This document shows positions 26,396 to 26,499 of a stretch of DNA of 26,499 nt, piece by piece (positions within the stretch are counted from its first letter, which is position 1; the number at the start of each line of letters is the position of its first letter). The notes beneath the pieces were generated by a model. The model searched no databases, had not been told where the DNA came from, and saw only the letters and a list, made by a program, of their open reading frames with translations. The DNA lies in the IMG/VR virus record IMGVR_UViG_3300020044_003482, positions 1-26,499 of that record, one strand, 5' to 3'. The position numbers were made by a program, and so were the translations under genes. The stretch is from a virus (lineage: Duplodnaviria > Caudoviricetes).

Positions 26396-26442
26396 GTAGG
26401 CCCGTGGTGTGTGTATGGTCGACAAGGGGGGGTTAAAACTAG

Positions 26443-26475
26443 GAGAGTAACATGACTAAGAAATCAGCACTGAAG
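26443..26475 (+). repeat. Right copy of the 33-nt inverted repeat
   Basis: GAGAGTAACATGACTAAGAAATCAGCACTGAAG. Confidence 0.9.
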
Positions 26476-26499
26476 GCAACTGCACCAGTTGCAACCACC
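26452..26499 (+). CDS. Partial gene MTKKSALKATAPVATT..., N-terminus paralogous to the gene at 24864-25403
   Basis: AGGAGAG RBS; open to the window edge. Confidence 0.55.
   Translation, partial: MTKKSALKATAPVATT

Overview
About 26.5 kb of a dsDNA tailed phage with a T7-like (podovirus) tail and ejection module. The host is plausibly an Alphaproteobacterium; this is an inference only. The + strand from 111 to 16510 is a late operon: tail tubular A and B, three internal virion proteins, tail fibre genes, a lysis cassette (holin-like proteins, muramidase) and a metallophosphoesterase. The - strand from about 16150 to 25403 is an early/middle arm: dCMP deaminase, two DnaA-domain-IV-like proteins, ArdC, SSB, ERF, YqaJ, a nuclease, two HTH regulators and many small hypotheticals. 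A 600-nt control region and a terminase small subunit follow. No polymerase, primase, helicase or integrase is recognisable. The best leads are: (1) a ~250-nt fold-back at 25466-25716 built like an Frpo/sso single-stranded-DNA promoter, pointing into the ArdC/SSB arm; (2) a 33-nt inverted repeat giving two divergent genes the same N-terminus and bracketing that control region plus terS; (3) an apparently circularly permuted SGNH esterase next to a lytic transglycosylase in one ejection protein; (4) a shared operator in two early promoters. All protein calls come from motif recognition and synteny by eye; no database search or folding program was run.
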